DNA of 64,000 nt, taken from positions 186 through 64,185 of the forward strand of contig JASFKL010000001.1 in NCBI GenBank assembly GCA_050118655.1, in the 5' to 3' direction. Shown here in pieces: positions 37,823-49,236 of the stretch. Origin of the DNA: Gammaproteobacteria bacterium (GTDB lineage: Bacteria > Pseudomonadota > Gammaproteobacteria > GCA-001735895). The notes under the pieces were generated by a model, which saw only the letters and a list, made by a program, of their open reading frames with translations, searched no databases and was not told the DNA's origin. How positions within the stretch are numbered: position 1 is the first letter of the stretch; every line of letters begins with the position of its first letter. Made by a program: the position numbers and the translations under genes.

Positions 37823-38610
37823 GGCCCGAATAATACGGGTTTTTTGCCCCGCGTGGGCAGCTTATATCGAGATTCGTACCAGGCACGCAAAAGGTACAAA
37901 CCCGCGGCGGAGGCGGTTACATCCGCGAGATTACGGTCCCGCGCCGCAAAAACCCCGCGGAACCACTCGCGGTCCTGCTCGCCCTTGCCGACGGCAATCA
38001 GGCTGCCGGCTATATTGCGAACCATGTGGTAAAGGAAAGCATTGGCCTTGACGTCCAGGATAATCAACTCGCCGTGCCGCTGAACGGAAATTTCCTGCAC
38101 TTCGCGTTGCGCGGATTTGGCCTGGCAGCCGACGGCGCGAAAGCTGCTGAAATCGTGCTCGCCGAGCAGCAACTGGGCGCAATCGTGCATCGCCTGGTGA
38201 TCGAGTGGCCGGTGTTCCCAGCTCGCGCGGTCGTGGAAGATAGCGCTCGGCACCGGAGAATTGACGATCAGGTAACGATAGGCACGGGCGCGGGCGCTGA
38301 ACCGGGCGTGGAAATCGTCGTCGACCGGCACTACCCAGAGCAGGCGAATGTCGGCTGGCAAGCGGCAATTGGTGCCGAGCACCCAGGCGCGTTCACTGCG
38401 CTCGGAGTCGCTTTCGAAATGAGCGACCTGTTCTATCGCATGTACTCCGGCGTCGGTGCGTCCGGCGCATACCAGCTCGACGGGATGGTTGGCGACGAAG
38501 CCGAGCGCTGACTCCAGATGCTGCTGGATCGATGCGCAGTGCGGCTGGCGTTGCCAGCCGCAATACGCGCTTCCCGCATATTCGACTCCGACCGCGTATT
38601 TCATGCGCAC
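37819..38610 (-). CDS. truA: tRNA pseudouridine(38-40) synthase
   Basis: YAGSAYCGWQRQP...CAGRTDAGVHA (catalytic Asp). Confidence 0.9.
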   Translation of the reverse strand: MRMKYAVGVEYAGSAYCGWQRQPHCASIQQHLESALGFVANHPVELVCAGRTDAGVHAIEQVAHFESDSERSERAWVLGTNCRLPADIRLLWVVPVDDDFHARFSARARAYRYLIVNSPVPSAIFHDRASWEHRPLDHQAMHDCAQLLLGEHDFSSFRAVGCQAKSAQREVQEISVQRHGELIILDVKANAFLYHMVRNIAGSLIAVGKGEQDREWFRGVFAARDRNLADVTASAAGLYLLRAWYESRYKLPTRGKKPVLFGP

Positions 38611-38803
38611 GCGGTGTGAGCGCCCGCCGCCGGCATCCGGGTCCGGCCACAGGGCTGCTGTAGACAGTGTTTATCGGGTATCACGATTGCGGCGATTCGC
38701 GTGCAGAAAAACGAGGAGCGGAGTCTAGCAAAAACCGCGACTGCTTTGCGGGCCAATTTACGCGCCCGCGGTCCGGCCAGGCTCGGGAGAGGATCTCTCG
38801 AGC

Positions 38804-41800
38804 CTAGATCTGTTCCAGCAGTGCCTGCGCCTCTTCCTTTTGCGCATCGTTGCCTTCGGCGATGACTTCCTCCAGGCTGCCGCGGGCGCCTTCGGTATCG
38901 CCCATGTCGATGAACGCGCGCGCCAGATCGAGCTTGGTCGACACCTCGTCCACGTCGTCCGGCAACATCAGGTCGTCGATATCGTCGAGATCGGCAGCAT
39001 CGGCTACCGCGGTCGGCTCGTCGAAGTCGCCGGGCGCGAAAGTACCGGTCCTGGCTTCCTCGTCGTCATCCTCCATGTCGACATCGATCGACAGGGAATC
39101 GTCGTCGCCGGCGGATTCCACCAGTGCCGTGGGCTCTTCGAAATCGTCGGCGCCGAAATCGAGTATCGATACATCCTCGTCGTCGTCGATATCCCCGTCG
39201 TCATCCGTCGGCAGCTGCAATTCACCGGTATCCAGCGACGGATCGTTGAGATCCATGATTCCGGTATCGTCCATACCGAGATCTATGCCCTCGTCGTCAT
39301 CGCTTTCGGAATCGTCGCCGCCGAGCAACGAGGCTTCCAGCTCATCGGAAGACACCACCGCGGTTGCTTCCAGGAAATCGTCGGCACCGTCTTCTTCGGG
39401 CACCTCCAGTTCGATCGAATCCTCGATTTCGTCACCGCCGTCGTCGTCATCCGCGAAACCCAGGTCTTCACCGAGATCGAAATCGGAGGGATCGTCGTCG
39501 GTGGTGCCGTCATCGAGGTCGAAATCCATCGCCATGTCGAGTTCGTCGTCTGCCTGGTCAGCCGATTCCCCGGCGCCGACGGTATCTTCGTCGTCTATCG
39601 AAAACTCGAGTTCGTCGCCGATATCATCGGGCAAGTCGAGGCCGCTGTCCTCCGGCTCTTCCGCCCGCTGATTCAGATTCGTTTCGTCGTCCTCGCCGAG
39701 GTCGGGGAAATCGCCGACTTGCTGGACCACCTGGGTGGCCGCGACTTCTTCCTCGCCCAATTCCGGCAACTCGTCGACTTGCTGGATGACCTGGGTAGGC
39801 GGTAAGCTGTCGTCGTCACCCCCCGATTCGTCTTCGTTGAAATCCCCTCCGGTATCGTCGGCGCCGAGATCGAAATCGGTAGTCGAGAAGCTGGTATCGT
39901 CATCATCGGCGCCGAGATCGAAATCAGCCTCCTGGGGGTTGGCGATCTCCAGATCCGCGGCACTCAGATCACTGTCCTTGGCCTCCGAGAACAGCGGATT
40001 GTCTGGCGCCAGTTCGTAGCCCATGATTTGCACGCGATCCCAGTAACGTGTCGCCGCATCGCCCATCGACTTGAGTTTTTCCGCTTCCTTGACGAAAGCC
40101 GATTCGTTCTTGGTCGCGAAATAGGTATCGAGCAGTTTCGAGCGGTAATCGGCGCGATCCGGATTATCGGTCAGGCTGCTGTTGAGTAATTCCTCGGCAT
40201 TGTCGTACAGGCCATAGGCGAGGTAGACATCGACCTCGTTGAGCACGTCGTCCTGTTCGGCGGGCTCTGCCGTGGCCGCCGGAGCGGGTGCTTCGGGCTC
40301 CGGCATATCGGTTGCCGAAATGATCGAGGTCTGCGCAAAATCATCCTCGGCTTGGGGCGGCACTTCGGCGGTAACTTCCGCCGTCGAGGTCATCGTATCC
40401 AGTTCGTCGGCGGACGGGATATCCTCGTCCGACGGTGTCTTGATGTCGGTATCTTCGGGGAGTTCGACATCCGCGAGATGAATCGGGGTCAGTTCTTCTT
40501 CGTCGTCGGCGAAAAGATCCTCGTCGCCGCTCGCGGTTATCGTCGATTCGCTGTCACTGCTGTTTTTTTTTCTCTTGATTACCAGCAGGGCCACCAGGAG
40601 CAGGACTACCCCGCCGAGCGCGGCGAGCGTAATCGGGTCGCTGAAGATTCCGCCCATAGAAGGCATCGACGGAATCATGTCGGCGGCGCCGGCCGGGAGA
40701 ATTCCATCCAGGAAGGACGGCTCGCGTTTCGTCTGTTCGGTTACTATTACGGGCGCCGGCGGAGTGGTCTGCTGTGCGGCCTGTCCCTGGTCGTCCGACT
40801 GCCCGCCGGTGGCGGCTTCTTCGCCCTCGTCGGCGGCCATCCCCTCGGTGGAACCCATTTCGGCGGCAGGCGCCTGCCCGGCAGCTTCGTCTTCGACCAT
40901 GCCGCCTGCAGTTCCCTCGTCGCTGACCATGCCGTCGTCGCTGGCCGCCGGGGCTTTCGCAGCCTCTTCCTCGGCCTGGGCCGCGGCCTCTTCGGCAAGT
41001 AATTCCTCGATGAGCGCATCCTCGCTGGACTCCACCTTCCCGTTACCCGCTTCAGCCGGTGGTTCCTCGACAGGCTCGCCACCTTCGGATGCTCCAGCTT
41101 CCGGTTGCTGGGCGGACTGATCGGCCTGCAGCCTGGCCAGGCTGTCATCCTCGATCTCGACCATTTTTTGCAGTTCTTCGACCTTGGACAGGCGTGCCTG
41201 GAGATCCGAGATACGCGATTCGAGTTCGCGATTCTCGATTCGGGAGGCCTCGAGTTCTTCCTCGGCCATCGCCAGCTTGGTGCGTAACTCTTCAACCTCG
41301 GCACCATCGCCGGTTCCCGCCGAATCGCCGCCGCCGTCGGCGGGCAACAGCAGGCTCAATTCGCCACCAGACTCGCCGGTATCGGCGGTCTCGCCGCCGG
41401 CGGATTCGGTGGATTCGGCGGACTCGCCCTGATCGACCGCGGCCGTCGTCGAAACGCCGGTTACCCGTGCGACATACTCGTCCCACAGACCATTCTGGAC
41501 CAGGACTTCCGCGTAGGCTTCCTGCTCACCCATGGCATCGAGTTCGGCGGCATCGGGAGCGCGCAGAATCGCGCCCTCCTTCATATTGTTGATATTACCG
41601 TCATTGAAGGCATCCGGGTTGGCGCGCTGAAAGGCGAGCATAACCTGCGACATGCTGTGACGGTCGTCCTTATAGAGCTTGGCGATACTCCAGAGGGTGT
41701 CGCCCTTATTGACGTATACCTCCTGGTCGAGGCCGGTCTGCGAACTGGAGGGCGTGTACTGGTAACTGCTCGAGTCGGCTATCGGCTCGGGCTCCGGTTG

Positions 41801-42418
41801 GGCTACCGGCTCGGGCGTCGCGATCTCGTTGCCAGAGCCGTCATCCGACAAGGCGATCGGCTCGCTGAGCTGCTCGCCGGTTTCGGCAGACTCGGCGGAT
41901 TCGGATTCCATGGTGCTGGTCACGCCGGTCTGCTCGACGATATCGCTGACACTCGATTCGTCGCTGATCGGTGCGGCGGCCTGCTGGCTGGCAGGCTCTA
42001 CGGGCGGCGGCTGATCGGCATAGAACGGCGGGTCGAGCAAGACCGTGAATTCGCGCAGTACCCTGCCCTTGGCCCAATCGGCCTCGATGAGGAAATTCAG
42101 AAAGGGTTCCTTGACGCCGTCCTTGGTGGACACCACGATGACGGCCTCGTCGCCGGCCTCGTTCTTCCTGACGGAAAAACGCAGGTCCAGAAGATTGCGC
42201 GGGCGTGCCAGGCCGGCGCGGGAAAATGCTTCGCGGGAAGCGAGGCTGACCAGTAAATCGTCGATCTCGCCGGGACGGGCGGAAATAACCGGGATCTCCG
42301 CTTCTAGCGGCTGGTTCAGGAATGACTTGACTTCGATCTCACCCAAACCCAAGGCGAGCGCGTTGGTCGGCAAGATCGCCGTTAGCCACAATGCAACTAT
42401 TAGTCCCAGATTACGCAC
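38804..42418 (-). CDS. fimV: FimV-like peptidoglycan-binding pilus/polar-organisation protein (signal peptide, LysM, hyper-acidic repetitive linker, TM helix, C-terminal FimV TPR motif)
   Basis: LysM YVNKGDTLWSIAKLY...; TM MGGIFSDPITLAALGGVVLLLVALLVI; C-terminal DLARAFIDMGDTEGARGSLEEVIAEG; asd-fimV-truA synteny. Confidence 0.85.
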   Translation of the reverse strand: MRNLGLIVALWLTAILPTNALALGLGEIEVKSFLNQPLEAEIPVISARPGEIDDLLVSLASREAFSRAGLARPRNLLDLRFSVRKNEAGDEAVIVVSTKDGVKEPFLNFLIEADWAKGRVLREFTVLLDPPFYADQPPPVEPASQQAAAPISDESSVSDIVEQTGVTSTMESESAESAETGEQLSEPIALSDDGSGNEIATPEPVAQPEPEPIADSSSYQYTPSSSQTGLDQEVYVNKGDTLWSIAKLYKDDRHSMSQVMLAFQRANPDAFNDGNINNMKEGAILRAPDAAELDAMGEQEAYAEVLVQNGLWDEYVARVTGVSTTAAVDQGESAESTESAGGETADTGESGGELSLLLPADGGGDSAGTGDGAEVEELRTKLAMAEEELEASRIENRELESRISDLQARLSKVEELQKMVEIEDDSLARLQADQSAQQPEAGASEGGEPVEEPPAEAGNGKVESSEDALIEELLAEEAAAQAEEEAAKAPAASDDGMVSDEGTAGGMVEDEAAGQAPAAEMGSTEGMAADEGEEAATGGQSDDQGQAAQQTTPPAPVIVTEQTKREPSFLDGILPAGAADMIPSMPSMGGIFSDPITLAALGGVVLLLVALLVIKRKKNSSDSESTITASGDEDLFADDEEELTPIHLADVELPEDTDIKTPSDEDIPSADELDTMTSTAEVTAEVPPQAEDDFAQTSIISATDMPEPEAPAPAATAEPAEQDDVLNEVDVYLAYGLYDNAEELLNSSLTDNPDRADYRSKLLDTYFATKNESAFVKEAEKLKSMGDAATRYWDRVQIMGYELAPDNPLFSEAKDSDLSAADLEIANPQEADFDLGADDDDTSFSTTDFDLGADDTGGDFNEDESGGDDDSLPPTQVIQQVDELPELGEEEVAATQVVQQVGDFPDLGEDDETNLNQRAEEPEDSGLDLPDDIGDELEFSIDDEDTVGAGESADQADDELDMAMDFDLDDGTTDDDPSDFDLGEDLGFADDDDGGDEIEDSIELEVPEEDGADDFLEATAVVSSDELEASLLGGDDSESDDDEGIDLGMDDTGIMDLNDPSLDTGELQLPTDDDGDIDDDEDVSILDFGADDFEEPTALVESAGDDDSLSIDVDMEDDDEEARTGTFAPGDFDEPTAVADAADLDDIDDLMLPDDVDEVSTKLDLARAFIDMGDTEGARGSLEEVIAEGNDAQKEEAQALLEQI

Positions 42419-42933
42419 GTTATAGTCTCCCAGCTCCCCGACCTATTTGTTATAAAAGTGCCTTAAATTCCATGCACCTATGATTGCAGCCAGAGAATTT
42501 ACTTTAAAGAAAGCACTTTCACAAGTAGATGTAAATACAGATTGTAGAAAAGATTTTAGCAAAATCTCTAAAACATTCACGAAATTATTGGTGAGCCCTG
42601 AAATCGCACTTTCCACGGTCTATCCCGCAGGGCCGCGGGAACGACGGTACGGAGCTTGTTGCAGGAGGCTTATAGCATAGCTAAACAATTGATTCCAATC
42701 GAAATACCCTGTTCTTCGAACCCTGTCACCTGGACCCCGAAAAAGGCTTCCGAGCGCCGTTTAAAGCAGGCCAGGCCGCGAATTCCCGCCAGAATAAGGC
42801 CCCGAGACCGGCGCCGATACCCGCAAACGCGTCGAATCCGGCCTTAACGGCCGCCTGGAATATGAAATATTTCCCAAAAAGGCTTTTCCCGGCGAGAACC
42901 TGACCGCCTCATCGAGGTTCGCGATCCGCTCGC

Positions 42934-44049
42934 CTAGCGTTGTTGCAAAATGTTCAGCATCCGGCGCAACGGCTCGGCGGCGCCCCACAGCAACTGGTCG
43001 CCCACGGTAAAAGCCGCCAGATATTCGCCGCCCATGTTCAGCTTGCGCAGTCTGCCGACCGGTATGTCCAGCGTGCCGGTTACCGCTGCCGGCGACAATG
43101 CATCCAGGGTTATCTGCCTGTCGTTTTCGAGCACCCGCACCCAGTCGTTCGAGGCCGCAAGCATTTCGTGGATCTCGTCGAGCGGCACATCCCGCTTGAG
43201 CTTGACGGTCAGCGCCTGCGAATGACAACGCATCGCGCCGACGCGCACGCACAGCCCGTCGATCGGGATCTGGTCGTCGCCGCGTCCGAGGATCTTGTTC
43301 GCCTCGACGCCCGCCTTCCACTCTTCGCGGCTTTGCCCGTTGTCGAGCTGCGCGTCGATCCAGGGGATCAGGCTGCCGGCCAGCGGCACGCCGAACTCCT
43401 GGCACGGAAAATCCGCCGCGCGCAACTGCTCGGTAACCCGCCGATCGATATCGAGGATCGCCGATGCGGGATCGTCCAGCCGATCGGCCACACTTCGATA
43501 GAGACTGCCCATGCCGGCGATCAGCTCGCGCATGTGGCGGGCGCCGCCGCCGGAAGCAGCCTGGTAAGTCATTACGCTCATCCAGTCGACCAGTTCGTGC
43601 TCGAACAGGCCGCCCATGGCCATCATCATCAGGCTAACCGTACAGTTGCCGCCGATGAAATCTCGGCAGCCGCCGTCGAGCGCCCGGTCGATGACCTTGC
43701 GGTTAACCGGGTCGAGAATGATGATACTGTCGCTTTCCATGCGCAACGCAGAAGCCGCGTCGATCCAGAATCCCTGCCAGCCGCTGCCGCGCAGATCCGC
43801 GTAAACCTGCTTGGTGTAATCCCCGCCCTGGCAGCTGACGATCGCATCCATGGTTTTCAGTTGCGCAAAATCGCCTGCATCCTGAAGCGGCGGTACCTCG
43901 CGGCCTATATCGGGCCCCGGCTCGCCTGCCTGCGAGGTGGTAAAAAATACCGGTTCGTCGATACGATCGAAATCGCGCTCCTCGAGCATGCGTTGCATCA
44001 ACACCGAACCGACCATACCGCGCCAGCCGACAAAACCTACTCTTTTCAT
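42934..44049 (-). CDS. asd: Aspartate-semialdehyde dehydrogenase
   Basis: [21 protein letters not shown]...; catalytic Cys region. Confidence 0.93.
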   Translation of the reverse strand: MKRVGFVGWRGMVGSVLMQRMLEERDFDRIDEPVFFTTSQAGEPGPDIGREVPPLQDAGDFAQLKTMDAIVSCQGGDYTKQVYADLRGSGWQGFWIDAASALRMESDSIIILDPVNRKVIDRALDGGCRDFIGGNCTVSLMMMAMGGLFEHELVDWMSVMTYQAASGGGARHMRELIAGMGSLYRSVADRLDDPASAILDIDRRVTEQLRAADFPCQEFGVPLAGSLIPWIDAQLDNGQSREEWKAGVEANKILGRGDDQIPIDGLCVRVGAMRCHSQALTVKLKRDVPLDEIHEMLAASNDWVRVLENDRQITLDALSPAAVTGTLDIPVGRLRKLNMGGEYLAAFTVGDQLLWGAAEPLRRMLNILQQR

Positions 44050-44071
44050 GTTTCAATCTCCGCCGGGCCAT

Positions 44072-45157
44072 TCATTTCCCGTGTTCACCGAGCGCCGCCA
44101 CCACGGCATCCCCCATTGCCGCGGTACCGACTGACTCGCCGTCGCCGGCGATGTCGGCGGTGCGCAGTCCCCGATCGAGCACCGTGCCAACCGCTTCTTC
44201 GATCGCACTTGCGAGTTCGGTTTGTCGCAGGCTGTAACGCAGCATCATAGCCAGGGAAAGAATCGTCGCCAGCGGGTTGGCGAGGCCCTTGCCGGCGATG
44301 TCGGGCGCCGAGCCGTGCACCGGCTCGTAAAGGCCCTTGCCGTTTTCGTCCAGCGATGCCGAAGGCAGCATGCCGATGGATCCGGTCAGCATCGCCGCGG
44401 TGTCCGAGAGAATATCGCCGAACATGTTGCTGGTGACGATGACATCGAATTGCTTCGGCGCTCGCACCAGTTGCATGGATGCGTTGTCGACATACATGTG
44501 GCTCAGCTCGACGTCGGGATAATCGCCGGCGACCCGCTCGACCACCTCGCGCCAGAGCTCGGATACCTCGAGGACGTTGGCCTTGTCGACCGAGCACAGG
44601 CGGCGGTTGCGCAGCATCGCGGCCTCGAGCGCCGCGCGCGCGATGCGCTCGACTTCGTGCTCGGCATAGACCAGCGTGTTGTAGCCCTGGCGTTCTCCGT
44701 TGTCGAGTTCTCGAATACCGCGCGGCTCGCCGAAATAGATACCGCCGGTCAGCTCCCGCACGATCAGGATATTGAGCCCCGAGACCAGCCCGGGCTTGAG
44801 GCTGGACGCCTCGGCGAGCTGCGGGTACAGGATCGCGGGTCGCAGGTTGGCGAACAGGTCCAGCGACGAGCGCAACTGGAGCAAGCCTTTTTCCGGCCGC
44901 AGCTCGCGCGGCAGCGAATCGTACTGCGGCCCGCCGATCGCGCCGAACAGGATGGCGTCCGCTTGCCGGCAAATTTCCAGGGTCTCGTCGGGCAGCGGTT
45001 TGCCGGATTGATCGTAGCCCGCGCCGCCGATGGCCGCGGGTTCGAGCTCGGCGTCGAAACGGAACTGCCGCTGCAGGCATTCGACGACCTTGACGGCCTC
45101 GGCGACGATTTCCGTTCCTATGCCGTCGCCTGCGAGTACTGCAATCTTGTGAGTCAT
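44072..45157 (-). CDS. leuB: 3-isopropylmalate dehydrogenase
   Basis: [15 protein letters not shown]...NLFGDILSD. Confidence 0.93.
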   Translation of the reverse strand: MTHKIAVLAGDGIGTEIVAEAVKVVECLQRQFRFDAELEPAAIGGAGYDQSGKPLPDETLEICRQADAILFGAIGGPQYDSLPRELRPEKGLLQLRSSLDLFANLRPAILYPQLAEASSLKPGLVSGLNILIVRELTGGIYFGEPRGIRELDNGERQGYNTLVYAEHEVERIARAALEAAMLRNRRLCSVDKANVLEVSELWREVVERVAGDYPDVELSHMYVDNASMQLVRAPKQFDVIVTSNMFGDILSDTAAMLTGSIGMLPSASLDENGKGLYEPVHGSAPDIAGKGLANPLATILSLAMMLRYSLRQTELASAIEEAVGTVLDRGLRTADIAGDGESVGTAAMGDAVVAALGEHGK

Positions 45158-45166
45158 GGTTTTATC

Positions 45167-45802
45167 CTATTTCAGCCAGGGCATCGACTGGTAATACTGC
45201 TGCTCGAATTCGCGGATCTCGTCGGCATGCTGCATGGTCAGGCCGATATCGTCGAGGCCGTTCAACAGGCAATACTTGCGGAACTCGTCGATTTCGAATC
45301 TCATCTCCTCGCCGTCGGGAGTGCGCACCAGCTGGTTCTCGAGATCCACCGTCAGCCGGTAACCCTCGTTCTGCGCGACCGCGGCGAACAGCCGATCGAC
45401 CTCTTCGCCCGTCAGCGCCACGGGCAGCAAGCCGTTCTTGAACGAATTATTGTAAAAGATATCGGCGTAGCTCGGTGCGATGACGACCTTGATACCGAAA
45501 TCGAGCAGCGCCCAGACGGCGTGCTCGCGTGACGAGCCGCAAGCGAAGTTTTCGCGCGCCAGCAAAATCTGCGCCTGCCGGTAGGGTTCGCGATTGAGCA
45601 CGAAATCCGGATTCTTTCGCCGGGCCTCGTTATCCTGCCCGGGTTCGCCGGGGTCCAGGTAGCGCCAGTCGTCGAACAGGTTGATACCGAAGCCGGAGCG
45701 TTTGATCGACTTCAGGTATTGCTTCGGAATAATCGCGTCGGTATCGATATTGGCGCGATCGATCGCGGCGACGATGGCGGAAAAGGTTTCGAATTTATCC
45801 AT
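45167..45802 (-). CDS. leuD: 3-isopropylmalate dehydratase small subunit
   Basis: [14 protein letters not shown]...; directly downstream of leuC. Confidence 0.92.
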   Translation of the reverse strand: MDKFETFSAIVAAIDRANIDTDAIIPKQYLKSIKRSGFGINLFDDWRYLDPGEPGQDNEARRKNPDFVLNREPYRQAQILLARENFACGSSREHAVWALLDFGIKVVIAPSYADIFYNNSFKNGLLPVALTGEEVDRLFAAVAQNEGYRLTVDLENQLVRTPDGEEMRFEIDEFRKYCLLNGLDDIGLTMQHADEIREFEQQYYQSMPWLK

Positions 45803-45814
45803 TACGACCTCGGC

Positions 45815-47218
45815 TCAAAAATTGCGTACATCGACGAAATGGCCCTCTACCGCGGCCGCGGCGGCCATCGCCGGCGATACCAGGTGAGTGCGCCCGCCCT
45901 GCCCTTGCCGGCCCTCGAAGTTGCGGTTCGAAGTCGAGGCGCAACGCTCTCCCGGCTCGAGCCGGTCGGCGTTCATACCCAGGCACATCGAGCAACCGGG
46001 TTCGCGCCATTCGAATCCGGCATCGATGAAAATCCGGTCCAGACCCTCGGACTCGGCCTGTTCCTTGACCAGCCCGGACCCCGGCACTACCAGCGCGAGC
46101 TTGATATTGTCCGCGATCTTGCGCCCCTTGACGACGCCGGCGGCGGCGCGCAGGTCTTCGATCCGCGAATTGGTGCAGGAACCGATGAATATCTTGTCCA
46201 GCCGGACCTGCTCAAGCGGCGTGTTGGGCTCGAGGCCCATGTAAGCGAGCGCGTTGCGGATACTCCCGGCCCGGGTGGGATCGGTTTCGGCGGCGGGATC
46301 GGGTACCTTGCCGCCGATACCACAAACCATTTCCGGGGAGGTTCCCCAGGTCACCTGCGGTGAAATATCGGCAGCGTCGATCTCGACTTCGCGGTCGAAC
46401 CGCGCATCGTCGTCCGAATGCAGATCGCTCCAGAATTCGACTGCACGGTCCCAGGTCTCTCCGCGGGGCGCGAACGGACGGCCCTTGATGTAATCGAGCG
46501 TGGTCTGATCGCAGGCAATCAGACCTGCACGGGCGCCGGCTTCTATGGTCATGTTGCAGACCGTCATGCGGCCTTCCATCGACAGATCGGTAATTGCATC
46601 GCCGGCGAATTCGATCGTGCAACCGGTGCCGCCGGCGGTGCCGATGACACCGATGATATGCAGCACGATATCCTTCGCGGTAATTCCCTCGGCTACCGAC
46701 CCCCTGACGCGCACGCGCATGTTTTTCGACTTTTTCTGAATCAGGCACTGGGTAGCCATGACATGCTCGACCTCGGAAGTGCCGATGCCGAAAGCCAGCG
46801 CCGCGAAAGCCCCGTGCGTCGAGGTGTGCGAATCCCCGCATACCACGGTCATGCCCGGCAGGGTCGCGCCCTGTTCCGGACCGATGACGTGCACGATGCC
46901 CTGGCGCACGTCGCCCATCTTGAATTCGGTGAGCGCATGCTTGTCGCAATTGGCGTTCAGCGTATCCACCTGCAGACGCGCGACCGGGTCGGTAATACCG
47001 TATTCGAGACCCGTGGTCGGTACGTTGTGATCGGGAACCGCGAGAATCGAGCGCTTGCGCCACAGCGGACGATGCGCGATTTCGAGTCCCTCGAAGGCCT
47101 GCGGCGAGGTAACCTCGTGAACCAGGTGACGGTCGATATACAGCAACGCGGTGCCGTCTTCGTCGAGGCGCACCTGGTGCAAATCCCAGATCTTGTCGTA
47201 CAGGGTCTTTCCGGACAT
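45815..47218 (-). CDS. leuC: 3-isopropylmalate dehydratase large subunit
   Basis: [14 protein letters not shown]...[20 protein letters not shown]; aconitase-family Cys ligands; start at the second Met (47218). Confidence 0.92.
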   Translation of the reverse strand: MSGKTLYDKIWDLHQVRLDEDGTALLYIDRHLVHEVTSPQAFEGLEIAHRPLWRKRSILAVPDHNVPTTGLEYGITDPVARLQVDTLNANCDKHALTEFKMGDVRQGIVHVIGPEQGATLPGMTVVCGDSHTSTHGAFAALAFGIGTSEVEHVMATQCLIQKKSKNMRVRVRGSVAEGITAKDIVLHIIGVIGTAGGTGCTIEFAGDAITDLSMEGRMTVCNMTIEAGARAGLIACDQTTLDYIKGRPFAPRGETWDRAVEFWSDLHSDDDARFDREVEIDAADISPQVTWGTSPEMVCGIGGKVPDPAAETDPTRAGSIRNALAYMGLEPNTPLEQVRLDKIFIGSCTNSRIEDLRAAAGVVKGRKIADNIKLALVVPGSGLVKEQAESEGLDRIFIDAGFEWREPGCSMCLGMNADRLEPGERCASTSNRNFEGRQGQGGRTHLVSPAMAAAAAVEGHFVDVRNF

Positions 47219-47314
47219 GTCGATTACCCGCAATAAAACTTGAGCGATTTTACGCCTGCATTTAAAATAACTCTAATTCATTATTTTCATAAATTTGATT
47301 CTATTTAGGAATAC

Positions 47315-48232
47315 ATGCAGCTCAACCAGATCCGCGCTTTTCTCGCTGTCGCCGAACTCGAGTCGTTTTCGCTCGCCGCCGAGCGCCTGCACGTCACCCA
47401 GCCCGCGGTCAGCAAGCGTGTCCGCCAACTCGAAAACAACCTGCGGGTGGAGCTGTTCGACCGTATCGGCAAGCGCAGCATCCTGACGCCCAACGGCCTC
47501 GCCTTCAAACCCCGCGCCGAGCGCATCCTCGAAGAATTGCAATCCTACCGCCAGGATCTCGCCCGGCAGCTGGGAACGCCCTCGGGCAGTCTGAGTTTCG
47601 CGACCAGCCACCACGTCGGGCTGCACCGCCTGCCGCAGGTGTTGCGCGAATTCAAGATCCGCTACCCGCAGGTCGACCTCGACCTGCAGTTCATGGATTC
47701 GGAGGATGCCTGCAGCGCGATCGCCGCCAACCAGCTGGAGCTGGCGATCGTCACCCTGCCCGAGGTCGTCGACGACAGGCTGATTTGCGAAACCGTCTGG
47801 ATAGACGAACTGGTCGCGGTCACCGCACCCGATCACGAACTCGCCGCGAGCGACGTGATCGATGCCGAAGAATTACTGCGCTACCCCGCCATCCTGCCGT
47901 CGCACGAAACCTTCACTCGCCGAATCATCGACAACCTGTTTGCCGACAACGACCGTCGGCTCGATATCATTCTCGAAACCAATTACCTGGAAACCATCAA
48001 GGTCATGGTGTCTGCCAACCTGGGATGGAGCATACTGCCGCGCAGCATGATCGACGCGAGCCTCATCGGGCATCGACTCGCCGGGCTCGACGCGCACCGT
48101 CGGCTGGGCATGGTGACGCGCAGGCATCGCAGCCTGTCCCCGGGTTCGAGCGCGATGCAGGAATTTTTGCGCGAGCTTGCCGCGACCCCGTCGCCGGCGG
48201 CCAATACGGCCGCCGGCCGGTCTACTGCATAA
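47315..48232 (+). CDS. LysR-family transcriptional regulator, divergent from leuC
   Basis: N-terminal wHTH LNQIRAFLAVAELESFSLAAERLHVTQPAVSKRV; LysR substrate-binding domain. Confidence 0.85.
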   Translation: MQLNQIRAFLAVAELESFSLAAERLHVTQPAVSKRVRQLENNLRVELFDRIGKRSILTPNGLAFKPRAERILEELQSYRQDLARQLGTPSGSLSFATSHHVGLHRLPQVLREFKIRYPQVDLDLQFMDSEDACSAIAANQLELAIVTLPEVVDDRLICETVWIDELVAVTAPDHELAASDVIDAEELLRYPAILPSHETFTRRIIDNLFADNDRRLDIILETNYLETIKVMVSANLGWSILPRSMIDASLIGHRLAGLDAHRRLGMVTRRHRSLSPGSSAMQEFLRELAATPSPAANTAAGRSTA

Positions 48233-48281
48233 CCCCTGGTTTGTTGCTATAGTCAGGACGTCACCATTCAAGGAGACTTCA

Positions 48282-48665
48282 ATGCGTCCTTTAATGAAAG
48301 TATCGATTCTTGTCGCTGCCATACTGCTCAGCGGCAACAGTTTCGCGGGTGAAGTCAGCCGGGCCATGTTCACCATCGGCATCGACAATCGCGAGCCCGT
48401 CATCATGGTCGACAGCATCGACAGCAGCGCCTACAACTCGATTTCTTTTTTCACCGAGTTGAAAGATCTCGAAGGTCATAACGTCACCCATCAATGGAAA
48501 TTCGACGGCAAGGTGATGTTCGAAAAAACCTTCGAGGTCAAGGGCGCCCGCTGGCGCGTGTGGACCAGCAAGACGCTGCTGCCTTCCTGGACCGGCGAGT
48601 GGACCGTCAACGTGCTCGATACCGATCGCACGGTACTCGCCAGCAAGACTTTCGAGTACCTGTAA
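48282..48665 (+). CDS. Secreted DUF2914-like protein
   Basis: Signal peptide MRPLMKVSILVAAILLSGNSFAG; RBS AAGGAGA 6 nt upstream; HQWKF...ARWRVWTSK...GEWTVNV pattern resembles DUF2914. Confidence 0.55.
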   Translation: MRPLMKVSILVAAILLSGNSFAGEVSRAMFTIGIDNREPVIMVDSIDSSAYNSISFFTELKDLEGHNVTHQWKFDGKVMFEKTFEVKGARWRVWTSKTLLPSWTGEWTVNVLDTDRTVLASKTFEYL

Positions 48666-48671
48666 ACTGTT

Positions 48672-48685
48672 CACGGCATGCCGTG
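48672..48685 (+). terminator. Short palindromic hairpin CACGGCATGCCGTG just after the DUF2914 stop (weak intrinsic-terminator candidate)
   Basis: Perfect 14-bp palindrome 7 nt after the stop; the downstream tract is only moderately U-rich. Confidence 0.25.
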
Positions 48686-48702
48686 CTTCATTCCCTGCCG
48701 GA

Positions 48703-49236
48703 GTGGAGAACGGCCCGCCGTTTCTGCCGTTTGCCGCGCTGACGACGATGTACTGGCCGAAGAAAATTTTCATCGCGTTGACCGCGATCGTCCTGCTGCA
48801 GTCGGTCTTCTACTACCCGAAGATGCCGGCGGTGGTCGCCTCGCATTTCGATGCGCAGGGCGCGGCCAACGGCTGGTCCGGCAAGGAAGTTTTCTTCGGG
48901 CTTTACCTGGCTATCGTCCTGTTGCTGTTCGGGGTCTTCGGCTGGGTACCGAAGTGGATCGAATCACGCCCCGGCAAAAGCGTTAACATTCCCAATCGCG
49001 ATTACTGGCTGGCCCCGGAACGCAGGGCCGAAACCTGGGCCTTCTTCCGCCGCCAGATGATGCTGATGGGTGACCTGCATCTGTTGCTGGCGATTTTCGC
49101 CTTCCAGCTGGCGATCCTCGCCAACTTCGATCGGCCTCCTCGATTGCATCCGGCGATCGGCTGGGCGCTGGCTTTTTACTTCATCGTTTTCACCGCCTGG
49201 CTGATCCACTTTTTCCTGCATTTCAAAAGGCCGTGA
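48703..49236 (+). CDS. DUF1648/SdpI-like integral membrane protein
   Basis: Four predicted TM helices; [14 protein letters not shown] motif; GTG start (ATG alternative at 48748); stop overlaps the start of the next gene (GTGA). Confidence 0.55.
   Translation: MENGPPFLPFAALTTMYWPKKIFIALTAIVLLQSVFYYPKMPAVVASHFDAQGAANGWSGKEVFFGLYLAIVLLLFGVFGWVPKWIESRPGKSVNIPNRDYWLAPERRAETWAFFRRQMMLMGDLHLLLAIFAFQLAILANFDRPPRLHPAIGWALAFYFIVFTAWLIHFFLHFKRP

Noticed and set aside
38840-42256. Plus-strand ORFs inside fimV (38840..39805, 40352..41120, 41059..41592, 41657..42256)
   Set aside because: Antisense to fimV. They are repetitive and low-complexity because of the acidic-repeat coding strand.
42940-47236. Plus-strand ORFs opposite asd/leuB/leuD/leuC (42940..44250, 44222..45532, 45719..46363, 46418..47236)
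   Set aside because: Opposite well-supported biosynthetic genes with no motifs.
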